This document shows, in pieces, positions 27,760 to 39,291 of a stretch of DNA of 54,233 bases. The position numbers and the translations under genes were made by a program. The DNA is taken from the NCBI GenBank assembly GCA_048213135.1, contig PS015119.1:247084-301316 (forward strand), given 5' to 3'. This DNA is from Reclinomonas americana ATCC 50394. Its lineage: Eukaryota. Under the pieces are notes generated by a model. That model made no database searches. It worked only from the letters and a program-made list of their open reading frames with translations, and was not told the origin of the DNA. Position 1 is the stretch's first letter. The number at the start of each line of letters is the position of its first letter.

Positions 27760-27884
27760 CACTCTCTCTTTCTCTGTCTTCTCTTACTCACTGCAATTCC
27801 ACTTCCGCCCTTGGTGAGTGGTGAGGGCTGTGCGTTGAACTGCACGCGGTCGTCTGCAGACGAGTTTGATCCCGTTGCGCCCAT
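26064..27884 (-). CDS. MIC19/CHCHD3-like twin CX9C protein (MICOS subunit); middle part in gap, 3' exons uncertain
   Basis: First exon MGATGSNSS.. (MGxxxS myristoylation motif); exon ~27139-27262 encodes CQEARSALLGC-x7-CQQKAKEFIAC (twin CX9C). Confidence 0.62.
26553..26602. repeat. (GA)n microsatellite
   Basis: Seen directly. Confidence 0.95.
27668..27756. repeat. (TG)n microsatellite, intronic
   Basis: Seen directly. Confidence 0.95.
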
Positions 27885-27953
27885 GAGAACAACAAACAAG
27901 GTGTGAAGGACATGTCCCCTTTATGTCCTCTTCTCCTCCTGTTTTCTTGTCGA

Positions 27954-28198
27954 ATGAGTGCGGTGTTTGAGGAGGATAAGTATGCGTTGCCGGCGAGTGG
28001 CACTCCGCTGCGACCGAGTGTGTTTGCGTATGGAACTGCGGGGTTTCGGTATGCGGCGAGTGTGTTGACGGGAGTCGGAGTGCGTGTGGGCGCCGTGGCC
28101 GCGGCGAGGGCGAGGGTGTTGGCGCGGGAGAGAGGTGAGGAGAAGGGGAGGAGATGGGGAGGAGAAGGGGAGGAGAGAGACACCTGGTGGTGTTGTAG

Positions 28199-28281
<83 letters not shown>

Positions 28282-28511
28282 CGACACACGACACGAGAGA
28301 GAGACGACGACGACGACGTACGTAACGACGTACGTACGTACGTACGTACGTACACGTACGTACGTACGTACGTACGTACGTACGACGTACGTACCGNNNN
28401 NNNNNNNNNNNNNNNNCGTACGGTCGGTCGGCCGCCCGTCCGGTCCGTCGCGCGCGTCGTCGTCGTCGTCGTACCGTACTACGTCCTCCGTCCGTCCGTA
28501 CGACGCGAGAG

Positions 28512-28591
<80 letters not shown>

Positions 28592-28695
28592 GCACACGCA
28601 CAGAGAGAGAGAGAACGCCATGAAGAGATGCCGTGATTGCATGCATTGCTTGCATCCTCACAGACTCCTCTCCCTTTCTCAACACACACACTCTT

Positions 28696-28733
<38 letters not shown>

Positions 28734-30618
28734 TCACAAAGAGACACTCCACTGATGCTCTCTCTCACACTCTCTCTCTCTCACTCGCTCACCCACCCAC
28801 ACACCACTGTGAGAGAGAATGCCGTGATTTGCATGCATTCATTCCCCGTTTCTCTCTTTCCCTGTCCCCCTCTCTTCCAGGTGGCTCCCCCGTGTGCGTC
28901 GGCGTAATGATCACGGCGTCGCACAATGCACCGCGCGACAACGGCTTCAAGATTGTGGATGCCGACGGCGGCATGTTGCATGCGTCGTGGGAGGCGGTGG
29001 CGACACGTGTGGCCAATGCTGGCACGGCACGTGAGGTGGAGGCTGTGTTGTCGGAGATGTTGCCCGTGGGGGGCGAGCCGGTGTTTGGTGGTGACCAGTC
29101 GCAGGTGTGATGTGCACGGGGGAGAGAAGGAAGGAGGAGAAACGTCTCATGTTGCTTGCTGTCGTCNNNNNNNNNNNNNNNNNNNNATCGGCTGCGCGCG
29201 CTCGAGTTGCTCGATGTGGTGATTGTCAATGACGGGTGTGGCGATGGTGCCGAGGAGATGGTTCGTGCGAGTGAGACAAGAATTATGAAAAGGAGGAAAC
29301 GATATGTGTGTGAGAGAGAGCTTGTAGTCTCTCTATCTCTCTCTCTCTCTCTTTGTGTCATCTCTTTCTCTCTGTGTGTGTGTGTGTGTCATGTTGAATG
29401 TCGTTCACGTTGGCGTCGTATATTACATAATTTTTGTACTCTCTCTCTCTCTCTGTCCCCTTTTCGCAGCTGAATGTCAATGCTGGAGCCGAACACGTGC
29501 ACAAGACGCAATCGTGGCCGCGACAACTGGCCACCGCCATGGAGCGGTCGCTGGCCGCCATTGGGGTGGAAGCGATTGCGGTACACGGCGCGGGTTCGGC
29601 GGGCCTCGCTCGCAGTGACAGTCTCGCCGCGGCGCCGGCCTCCGTTCTTCTGGCGGCCAGCCTCGACGGCGATGCCGATCGCGTAATGTGCATGGACCTC
29701 GCCAGTGCAGACGGTAGCGTGTCTCTCCCTCGCGTCAAGTGTGGTGATGACCTTCCCGGCTCACCGCTTGCTTGTCAATGATGTGCAGGCGAGCCACTTA
29801 CCGTGCTCGACGGCGACTACATGGCTGTGCTGCTGGCCGCCTTTGTGGTGCGCCAGCTCAAGGCCGCCGGCGTGCTGGTGGTCAAGGAGTCGGAGGCGTC
29901 GGCTTCCGACCGTGCTCTGTCGGTCGGCGTGGTGCACACGGCCTACACCAATGGTGCCGCGGTGCAGTACCTGCGCGAGGTAGTGAACATGGACACGGCG
30001 TGCGTGCCGACGGGCGTGAAGCATCTGCATGCACGCGCACACCACTACGACATTGGTGAGTGCGCACTCGCGTTTGGAGAGGCCTCGCTCCTCACTTTCT
30101 TTCTTGCCGACGATCTCCTCCTCCATGCAGGTGTGTACTTTGAGCCGAATGGACATGGCACGGTGCTGTTCTCCACCCGTGCACAGCGTGTGCTGGCCGA
30201 CGGCGGAGATGCGGTGGCGAGCGTGCGTGCTCTGTCGCAGTTGTTCAACCAGTACACTGGCTGTGCGATTGCCGATCTGCTGGCCCTGGTTGGTGTGCTG
30301 CTCTGCGAGGGCCTGTCGATCGGCGCCTGGAAGCAGATGTATGCTCCGCGCTGCTCCACGCTGCTGCGTGTCGAGGTGCATGATCGCTCCGTGGTGCGCA
30401 CAACGTCGGACGAGCAGACGGTGGTGGAGCCGCCGGATCTGCAGCCCCGACTCGATGCCATCATCCACGAAATCGGAGGCCCGGGAGCGCGTGCATTTGT
30501 GCGTCCCAGCGGCACAGAGGACGTGGTGCGTGTGTATGCCGAGGCCGAGACGCAGCCGTTGGCCGACGCCCTCGGTGCAGCGCTGTGTGAGAGTGTGCGA
30601 TCGCGACTTGGGTCATGA
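27954..30618 (+). CDS. PGM3: Phosphoacetylglucosamine mutase (AGM1/PCM1); central part missing in a gap
   Basis: [16 protein letters not shown] (catalytic Ser), DGDADR (Mg2+ loop), [17 protein letters not shown] and [17 protein letters not shown] motifs. Confidence 0.95.
28199..28735. repeat. Three (CA)n microsatellite tracts in PGM3 intron 1
   Basis: Tracts at ~28199-28278, ~28514-28588 and ~28696-28732. Confidence 0.95.
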
Positions 30619-30727
30619 GTGGAGATGGGGGAATGAATATCGGGGCGTGTTTGTGTTGTTAGAATAAGGGGGAAGAGGAGACAAACAATGGTACATGAAA
30701 GAAAAACAACCAGCACACACATTGCCA

Positions 30728-33700
30728 TCACTGACTGTCGAGCAGGTGCGAGCCAGTGCGGAAAATGATGCTGGGGAAGCGGTCGGCAATGTCAAAAATC
30801 AGCTCACCGAACAGGCCTGGGCACAAGCGGTGAGCGGTTTGAGGGAGATGGACAACGAGAGGCTAGTACAACACACCATTGGCCCAGACGAACCACGATC
30901 GTGTGTAGTTCTGCGGATCGTCCTTCCAGTACGACTCGTGCATGAAACCAGTGCCGTCGGCACTGTTCAGCAGCGTCTGCAGCAGCAACGACACCTCATC
31001 CTGGTCGTCGCTTGTCATGGCCTGCGCGGATGGAAGGAGGAGAAGCGTGAGAAGGAGAGCGATGAAAGGGAAGGGAAAGGAGGCTGAGAATCACAGCGTG
31101 GTGCACAGTGATGAATGCAGATGTGTGCTGATTGGTGCACTGCTATGATCCCATGTCGAGAGCAGCACAAACCTGGACGATGAGAGCAATCGGCCAGATG
31201 TTGCCGGCACGAGTGTGGAACGAACCAATGCCGGTGCCGGCCAGGCCCGAGTAAAAGTACTGCGAGAGACGATGAGTCTGCAGTGTGTACTGCGACAAGT
31301 GACCACGACTCACGGGGTTCGTGTACGGTGACAGCAGCAACTGGCGTGTGTTGCGGTACACAATGTCGGTGCGATTCAGGAAGCCGAGAAGCGGCAGTGC
31401 CATGAGCTGTACCGCATGGTGAATACGCAACGCAATTTCCACGAGCGAGATAAAGAAACGAACCGACGGCACATTGGCATCGTCCATGAACACCTGTGCA
31501 CAACCATTTCACATCAACTCACGAAAGATAACACACAGCTGCAGGCAACCGACCTTGTTGTAAAAGCCGTCCACCTGTTGCCAGCGTGTCAGTCACGACG
31601 TGCACATGAATGGCGAGCACAGATGGAAAGAACCTCGTAAAAGTACACACGCTTGTCTGGTCCCGGCAGCGCGTCGTGGTTGCCGACACAGTTTTGCTGA
31701 ATAGCGTAGTTCAGGTTGCCGGCGAGGGTCAGGGCCGACTTGGCCAACGCAGCACCGTTCGGAATCAAGTTGGCGATGCGAGCGGCATTGCTGAGCCCGA
31801 CGGCCATCATGGCATTCGCCGGGCAAAAGTACGGGAAAATGTGATTGTCATCGGAGGGGCGATAGGCGCTCTTGGCTGCGTGGGAACAGAGAAGCGGTAG
31901 GAATGAGGGGAATTCGAGGAGAGCACGAGCAAGAAGAGTAAAGCCGCACCGAGACCACATCGCCGACCGGGCAGGCCGACGCCGTACTGCTGATCGTCGT
32001 ACTGGTAGGGCGCAACGCAACCATGCTACATCGAGAATCGCGTGAGTAACCCCAGAGTGTTGCCGTGGCACGCTGCACGCCAGCAGCGCCGCAACTCCAG
32101 TCTCCTGCTCCACGGTGCCGGGCATTTGAGCGTACACGGTGTCGATCACCAGCTGCACAGCTTGTGCCCACTCGGGTGACGTGAAAGGGCGCAAATCCTT
32201 GCCCCCGGTGGCATCAAAGTAGCCGGCACTCAGACGGAGGAAGCTGGCCAGTGTGTCGAGCTCGTACTTGCCCCTGTTGTCGAGGGTGTGAGTTGAAGCT
32301 GAATGTTTTGCTGCTGCTGCTGCGATGTAATGCAACACGCAACTCCCACACAATCGGAGTCAGCGGAGGGACTCGGCGAGGCGCACCGACATTGTAGGCG
32401 GCATCGTTGGCGGCGTAGTTGAATGCTGTCGGAAAAACTACAGGTGAGCAGCGAGGTGATGAGAGAGAGAAACTGTCATGCGCACCATTGGCATACGGGT
32501 CGTGGAGCACGTTGTTGGCCTGGCGGTGAATCAGACCGCGGATCATGGTCGCCAGCTTGTCATCCTGCTGCACGAAGCGCAGATAGGGCCATACCTGTTG
32601 CGGTGGAGAGGAGTGAGAAACAGTTGAGAGCGTAGACACAGGGAAGGCGCAGACGCAGACAGACGAACTTGGTTCATCGAGTCGCGGCCCCACATGGCGG
32701 GAATGTCACCTGCACAATGGAGTGTGAGAGCGGGGCGGGAGATCGTGACCAGCATTATAGAGCACACTGACCAGTGATGACAAACTGTGAAGCGCAGTGC
32801 GAGTGAGATCTTCGATCGCTTGCAACGCTGCTTGACGACAAAAACGTACCGCGTCTGGCGTCGTGTAGTCCACGTGCGAGACGGTGGTGTCAAGCGTGTT
32901 GGGAAAGCAATTGGAGAACAGCTGCGAGGAGGACAAGGTGAATGAGTTGGGGCAAGAATGGGACGAAGGAGATTCGGAGGCACCCACCGTGGCGAGGTTC
33001 GGGTCCTTCATCTTGCTGGTCATTTCTGCAGGTGGGGCAAGGGAAAGGGCAATGACAAGGGGAATGACAAGGCGAATGACAAGGAGAATGACAAGGAGAA
33101 TGACAAGGAGAATGACCAGGGGAATGACCAGGGGAATGACCAGGGGAATGACCAGGGGAATGACCAGGGGAATGACCAGGGGAATGACCAGGGGAATGAC
33201 CAGGGGAATGACCAGGGGAATGACCAGGGGAATGACCAGGGGAATGACCAGGGGAATGACCAGGGGAATGACCAGGGGAATGACCAGGAGAATGACCAGG
33301 GGAATGACCAGGAGAATGACCAGGGGAATGACCAGGAGAATGACCAGGGGAATGACCAGGAGAATGACCAGGGGGAATGACAAGGGGAATGACAAGGGGA
33401 ATGACAAGGGGAATGACAAGGGGAATGACAAGGGGAATGACAAGGGGAATGACAAGGGGAATGACAAGGGGAATGACAAGGGGAATGACAAGGGGAATGA
33501 CAAGGGGAATGACAAGGGGAACGAGAAGAGGCACGAGAAGGAGAGATGAATCAGGAGCGACACAGTGAGATAGAGAGACCCCAACAATGCACACATTTTC
33601 CCGCAACACACGCTCCCCCCGTGACACCCCACACTACTCACGAGTGATGGCAGCCTCCACCGCCGGGCTCACGAACTGCGGGTGCAGAATGAGCACAACA

Positions 33701-33858
33701 ATGCACGGAAAAATAATCATGCACTCTTGTGTCTGTGTTGCTCTCACCAGCCGCTTTGATGGATCGGGACGAGCTGCTGGGATGGTGATGGCATGCGCGA
33801 GGCAGACAGCCAGGCAAACGCAGACGCACCACAGAAGGAGAGCTGTCTTGGCGCGCAN
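30728..33858 (-). CDS. Secreted glycoside hydrolase family 125 (exo-alpha-1,6-mannosidase-like)
   Basis: Signal peptide; [99 protein letters not shown]. The start ATG abuts a gap. Confidence 0.92.
33051..33525. repeat. 12-bp minisatellite (aatgac[c/a]agg[g/a]g), about 39 copies, in a GH125 intron
   Basis: Seen directly, with ordered variant blocks; it lies within the intron whose acceptor is near 33026 and whose gtgagt donor is near 33641. Confidence 0.97.
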
Positions 33859-34167
33859 NNNNNNNNNNNNNNNNNNNTCGTGAGCAATGTGTGTCTGGAA
33901 ATCCCAACCTGTCCTCTGGAAGGTGCCCTCTGGGTATGGGTATGGCAACCAGCGATCGCCGGTGAGAAAACGCTTGCTTAAGATTAGTCAACGAAGAGAG
34001 CGCATCATGTTTCATTCAACAGCTTTTCTCTCTTCTCTCTGCTCAGTCGTCAGGCAGAGCGATTCCGGCGAGCTGCGACAACAGAAGCAACGAAGAAGCA
34101 GTGAGCATGCACATTACACACAGCGCCCACACTCTTCTCCCACCCTCGTGCTTTCAAAGGAGATAGA

Positions 34168-34285
34168 GCTTTCAGATCAGAATCTTGTCGCCTTTTCATA
34201 TCATCGGATGGCGGCACACACATTGGGGCGGCGTGCCGTTCTCCACCCTACTAAGGTGTCCTAAGAGACAATTCATCATCGAAAG
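34168..34285 (-). ncRNA. Box C/D snoRNA with an LSU guide (SNORD58-like target region)
   Basis: C box ATGATGA at 34279-34273; guide CTTAGGACACCT (34265-34254) is antisense to conserved LSU AGGUGUCCUAAG; C'-like ATGAT; CTGA at 34180-34177 and 34175-34172. Confidence 0.8.
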
Positions 34286-34488
34286 AAGAAAAGGAGAAGA
34301 ACTTCTGCTCCCTCCCCTCTCTACCCCACATACAACATGACAACTCACCAGCCTATTTGTCGCTCACGGGAGTCGAGAAGGCCACCATCAACCTGCATCA
34401 TCATCATCAACACGAGTGAGACCAATCGTGCACACAAAAGCGGGCAGGAAAGAGTCAACAGTGGTGCAGAAGGCCGTGGAAAGACAAG

Positions 34489-34582
34489 CGTGCTCAGGTT
34501 CTTGACACAAGGTTCGTATCATTGGGCGCGCAAACACCCATTCTAAACATGCTGGGATCAAGAAAGAAACTCATCATTGGTC
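34489..34582 (-). ncRNA. Box C/D snoRNA, target uncertain
   Basis: C box ATGATGA at 34577-34571, internal hairpin tgggtgtttgcgcgccca, C'-like ATGATAC, D box CTGA at 34497-34494. Confidence 0.68.
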
Positions 34583-34799
34583 TCTCTATTCTGCTGCCTT
34601 CCGCCTTGTTTCTCTCGTTGGAGGCAAAGAAAGAGTGTGCACGAAAGAAAACACTCACCATCGCAGCAGGTCGACACGCGGCTTTCCGGGGTCGACTCAA
34701 GTCGCACATCCGCGTTCACATGCCTAATGCAACAAAAACCGAGTCAGCAACCAAGCTCGGAGGCGGAGGGAGGAAAGGAAACAAAGGAGGAGTGGGGGG

Positions 34800-34887
34800 A
34801 ATTATCAGATCGAGGATTCGTTATGCATTTAGAAGTTTTTGCATGGAGGCATGCGCCCCTCAAACTAATGCAGTTCATCATGTAACA
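34800..34887 (-). ncRNA. Box C/D snoRNA, target not recognised
   Basis: C box ATGATGA at 34882-34876, D'-like TTGA, D box CTGA at 34808-34805, short terminal tta/taa pairing; about 85 nt. Confidence 0.65.
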
Positions 34888-35089
34888 TGAGGGAAGAGAA
34901 GGAAAAGGGAAGCGAGAGAGATGAAGAAAAAAAGAGGCGGGAAAAAACACTCACCGAGATAATGCAACGGCTTCAGGGCACTGCGTCGACAATAAAAAAA
35001 AGTGCACACACACGTGTCAGTGTCTTGCGGCAGCAATGGAGGTGCAGCGCAGGTGGGGGGAAAGAGGGGGGTGGGCACAGCACACACGC

Positions 35090-35167
35090 GTGTCTCAGTT
35101 TAGCATACGGTTTCGCAGCACAGATAGTCAGACTAGAGGTGTCAAACGTTTTTCTTCGTCATTGAGC
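35090..35167 (-). ncRNA. Box C/D snoRNA with an LSU guide (snR48/SNORD60-like target region)
   Basis: C-box variant ATGACGA at 35162-35156; guide TGACACCTCTAG is antisense to LSU CUAGAGGUGUCA and lies one nt before D' CTGA (35131-35128); D box CTGA at 35098-35095. Confidence 0.8.
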
Positions 35168-36003
35168 TTATGTGCATGTGTGTGCTCGTGCGTGTGGAAA
35201 GGGAGACAAGGGAGAAAGGGGCAAAGAAGGGGGAAAAAAACTCACCGCATGATGCACATGGTCGACACACGCGACTTTTTTTCGTTCAGCGCGCGCGCGC
35301 GCGTGGTTGCAGCGTCGCATGCCGCAGAGTGGGGGCACTCGCGTTGTTGCAGTGGGCCTCGTGGTGGAGGTGCACAAAGGAGGAGCGCGTCAGCAGAAAG
35401 TCATGGCTCAACGAGAGAGAAGAAAAGAGATCTTGGCTGGACGGAAAGGATCGTGGACTGAAGACTGTAAACACGTTTCACGCGTTACAAAGAGACGCGC
35501 AGTGAGCGTGGACATCAGAAACAAGGAACGCACGCGGGAATCGAAGCTGTCTACGATTGCAATCGCAATTCCTCGCAAATGACGACGACGCCACCGCTTC
35601 GCGGATCCGGATCCGGACCCGGCTTTGCTTTGTTTGCCTGGCTGACCCGAGATTCGTTGTGCCGTGTATGATCGCAGAAAACGCTATGCGTCTATGCAAG
35701 TGCGTCAAACCCGCTGTTAAACTACGCTTATGCGGTGAAGATCGCAGTTCTCGACTTGTTCGGAGCTCCGAGAGCGAACACATACGCAATATTGCAAGGA
35801 ACCTGCTGCTGCCTCAAGACTTGTGTTTGTGTTGATGTTTTGGATAGGGTTGAACTTGGTCATCAAGACAGCTGTTGCTATGTTAGATATTATCCCATTG
35901 CAGTTCTCGACTTGTCCAACCTCCACGACAGAGAACCCTTTCGCTGCTGTCCCCCTCCCTCCCCCTTTTTCCACATCTATCACTCTTTACCACCACACCA
36001 CCA

Positions 36004-39000
36004 CTACCGCTGCTGCACCAACAAATCCCGCGAGGCCAACGCACTCACTCCCTGCGCTCTCAGTCCCTGCTCGTACAACCGGCGGTACTCCAGCACAGTC
36101 TCCCTTTGCAACACCAGCAATCGGTTCTCGTCCAACTCAAACCGCAGAAATCGATCCTCCTCGGTCGAACTCTGGCACGCGGTCTCCACCAAGTCGCGCA
36201 AGTGTCTGCGGCCACGCGCGTGTCAAGGACCGCGTCAATTACACTTGCATTTCGTCACCAGCACTCACCGCAGGTTTCGCAGCTCAACGCCGTTGAACTT
36301 TCGCACTTGTGCGTCTTGCCAGCCTTGGTAGCCAGCATTTTGGTCGTCGACCAGCACGTGTGCAAGAATCACAATCTGTGGACAACGTCAAAGCGCGAGG
36401 CACTGCACGACTCGACGTGGGAATGGCAGCATACCTCCTCGTCGGGATGCTTGGCGAGTGCAGTGACGGCCTTGTGCACGAGTCGACGAGGGGCGTTGTT
36501 GAACTGCACACAAGCACACCACAGAGCGTTGAATAAACCACCTTGAATCTCTCCCAGCACCCGGCACCACTCACCCACTCGTGACCCCACTCGTGAATGT
36601 ACGGCTGCATGTGTAGAATGAGGGCGCAGAGGTCACATGGCAAGACAACATCCACACAAACCTGCACAAAGCGCAGGAATACGAGACCAGCAACAATCTG
36701 TATACTCGACCATCGGTGAGTACTCACAGCAACGATGAATCCATCACTTTGTCCCACACGCAACATAGTAACTCGGTTGCTGCCCGTAAAACGTCGGTGG
36801 CACAAGCACCGGCAGTGGTGCCATCGTCAGTTGCAGGTCGTGTTGCTGTCGACACGACGCAGGGTCAATCTGCTTTCCAACAATACGCCCACAGTGTCAC
36901 ACTCCTCCAGCAAACCTGATGATCGCGCCACACCGACAGCCGGCAAGTCTCTCCCGGCAACTTCATCTGCACCAGGTAGTCGAACTGAACGCGCTCGCCG
37001 GTGGTTTCCAGTTGCGACGAATCGCTTGCTGTGTCACACACAAGTGTCCGTCGGCGCCGCAATACGTGCTCTCTCTCGCACTCCCACGCCAGACGCAACA
37101 TGCACGAAGAGGGACAGAGCCGTCATTTGCCACTTGGGTTCCATCAATGGCCAACAGTACGTCGTTGGTCTGCAGCACACCCTTGGCCGGGCTGAGCGGA
37201 TACACCTCGTTGACGAGGACGCCGGTCTGCGTGCGCGGGCAACGAGGGGAAGAGATTTGCATAAGTGAAGCGAAAGGAGAAGATAAACAAACAGAGAGAG
37301 ACAGAGAGTGAGAGCACGCACTAACACACAGAGGCATGTTGATATTGCGTCAGTGACAGGAAGGCAGAGGAATCGACAAACCAGCATTACTTGGTCACAT
37401 GAACAAACAGAGAGAGAGAGAGAGAGAGAGAGTGAGAAGAAAAGGAGCACAGGCACTCACGTACAGAGACATGTTGATATTGCGCCAGTGACTGACAGCA
37501 ATATGAGAAGACAACAGTTCACGGAATGCGATAGAGAAGAGAAAATATAAACAGAGGCAGCGAGACAGAGAGAGTACGCTCACGCACAGAGACGTGTCGA
37601 CAAAGTAACCCTTAAGAAGAGAGAAAGAGAAGCAAGGGTCAGGCGAAACAGACAACGCACTGCACACCGCTCACCTGTCCGTCTTGCATGCGAAGGAAGG
37701 CGCGCAAGTTGGGATTCTCCAACGCCTGACACAGCAGCCCCAGCGAACAGAACCCATTGAAGCGGCCGTTCTTGGCAACGTCTTGCCTGCAAGGTGGGTC
37801 AGCCACCACCCGCGCACACACGCGCACATGCCTCACGCAACAGGAAATGCCGAATGATGGGCACTGGAATCACCCAGCCAATGTTCTCTGCATCCTGGAG
37901 GTTCTGGAAAGCCACTCCAACGACTTTGCCACCTTGGACAACGGGACCACCGCTGCGTGGACAGGAATTTGTGGTGAGAAGGTAGAAGGCGAAAATGCAC
38001 AGCAGTATGATCGCTTGTACCTGTTGCCTGGATTGATGGCGGCATCGATCTGAATGGCCAGCAGCGTGGCGGCACCTGGAGTTCATGTGAGCAACAACCG
38101 CGACAGCGCAGCGGTCGACTGCCACACACCATGAGCGTAGAGGACTGGTTCCACACGGGAGACCACGCCCTGCGTCACGGACAGCGAGTCGCCACCAGTG
38201 GGGTAGCCAAGAACAACCACTTGATCTTGCAATAGCTGCCGCCATAATCAAGTCAGCAAAGACGACTCGCTCACTCCGAACAGCCTCATGCAAACAGCGA
38301 CTCACAACTCTTCGACAGCTCACTACAGACACACGTACTTTCCAAGCGTTCACTCGGATTATACTGACTGATCAACCCACGGACTNNNNNNNNNNNNNNN
38401 NNNNNNNNNNNNNNNNNNNNNNNNNNNNNNNNNNNNNNNNNNNNNNNNNNNNNNNNNNNNNNNNNNNNNNNNNNNNNNNNNNNNNNNNNNNNNNNNNNNN
38501 NNNNNNNNNNNNNNNNNNNNNNNNNNNNNNNNNNNNNNNNNNNNNNNNNNNNNNNNNNNNNNNNNNNNNNNNNNNNNNNNNNNNNNNNNNNNNNNNNNNN
38601 NNNNNNNNNNNNNNNNNNNNNNNNNNNNNNNNNNNNNNNNNNNNNNNNNNNNNNNNNNNNNNNNNNNNNNNNNNNNNNNNNNNNNNNNNNNNNNNNNNNN
38701 NAGTTTTGGGTCGGGTTGCAGTCGTTTGAGTTTGGAGAATTGCCGGTGAGGAGGAGGCGGGGGGAGGGAGAAGGGGAAGGAGGGAGAATAGAAGCATTGA
38801 GACAAGGAGAAAGGAGAGGGAATGACAGCGAGAAGACAGAGAAGAAAGCAGAGAGAACAGGCGGATCGAGGAGGAGGGAGTCAGACAGGGAGAACGGCAG
38901 AAGGCAGAGAGAAGGACAAGAGAGAAAGATGAGGACGATGAGAGTGAGAGAGAGAGTGAGAGAGACAGCCAGAGACAAAACAGAGAAGGATGCAGTCAGA

Positions 39001-39260
39001 CGGAGAGAACAGCAGAAGGTGTGCGTAGCGAGAAGAACACGAAAGAAAGATGAGGAAAAGGTGAAGAGAAGGATAAGTAGTGGGACGGAGTGCGAATGAC
39101 AACCAGAGACATGACAGAGAAGGCAGAAGGAAAAGACGAAGTGGTAAGGAGGGAGTAAAGCAGCGAGACAGAGGAGCGAGAGAAGCAAGGATGAGTTGAA
39201 GCAGGAGGCAGGAGAAAAAGCGAGACGGAAGGGGACTTTGTGTGGGAAAGGGAAGGAGGC

Positions 39261-39291
<31 letters not shown>

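Larger units (their letters stand above)
34000..35300 (-). ncRNA. Putative non-coding snoRNA host transcript (5 exons, 4 introns); ends approximate
   Basis: Introns 35245-34981, 34954-34724, 34658-34393 and 34348-34073 all start GTGAGT and end in AG. Internal exons are 26, 65 and 44 nt. The spliced ORF from the exon-1 ATG is only 15 aa (MCIMRALKPLHYLGM*). Each intron holds a C-box...D-box unit. Confidence 0.75.

Noticed and set aside
28305-28505. (TACG)n / CpG-rich palindromic repeat
   Set aside because: It flanks an N-gap right after long microsatellites, and TACG is the 454 flow order. It is most likely a dephasing artefact at read ends rather than biology.
33051-33525. Possible CRISPR array
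   Set aside because: Pure tandem 12-mers with no unique spacers.
32706-33641. Repeat-protein ORFs (NDQG, MTRG, SPGH, VIPL repeats)
   Set aside because: They are translations of the 12-bp minisatellite inside a GH125 intron; the flanking exons splice in frame (AAIT-Q-MTSKMKD).
33880-34010. Possible fifth C/D snoRNA (ATGATGC plus ctaatctt, antisense to U6 AAGAUUAG)
   Set aside because: Imperfect C box, no convincing terminal CTGA, only 8 nt of complementarity, and not inside an evident intron.
34522-34890. Plus-strand 122-aa ORF with a hydrophobic N-terminus
   Set aside because: It is antisense to the snoRNA host introns, has no recognisable domain, and is better explained by the minus-strand structure.
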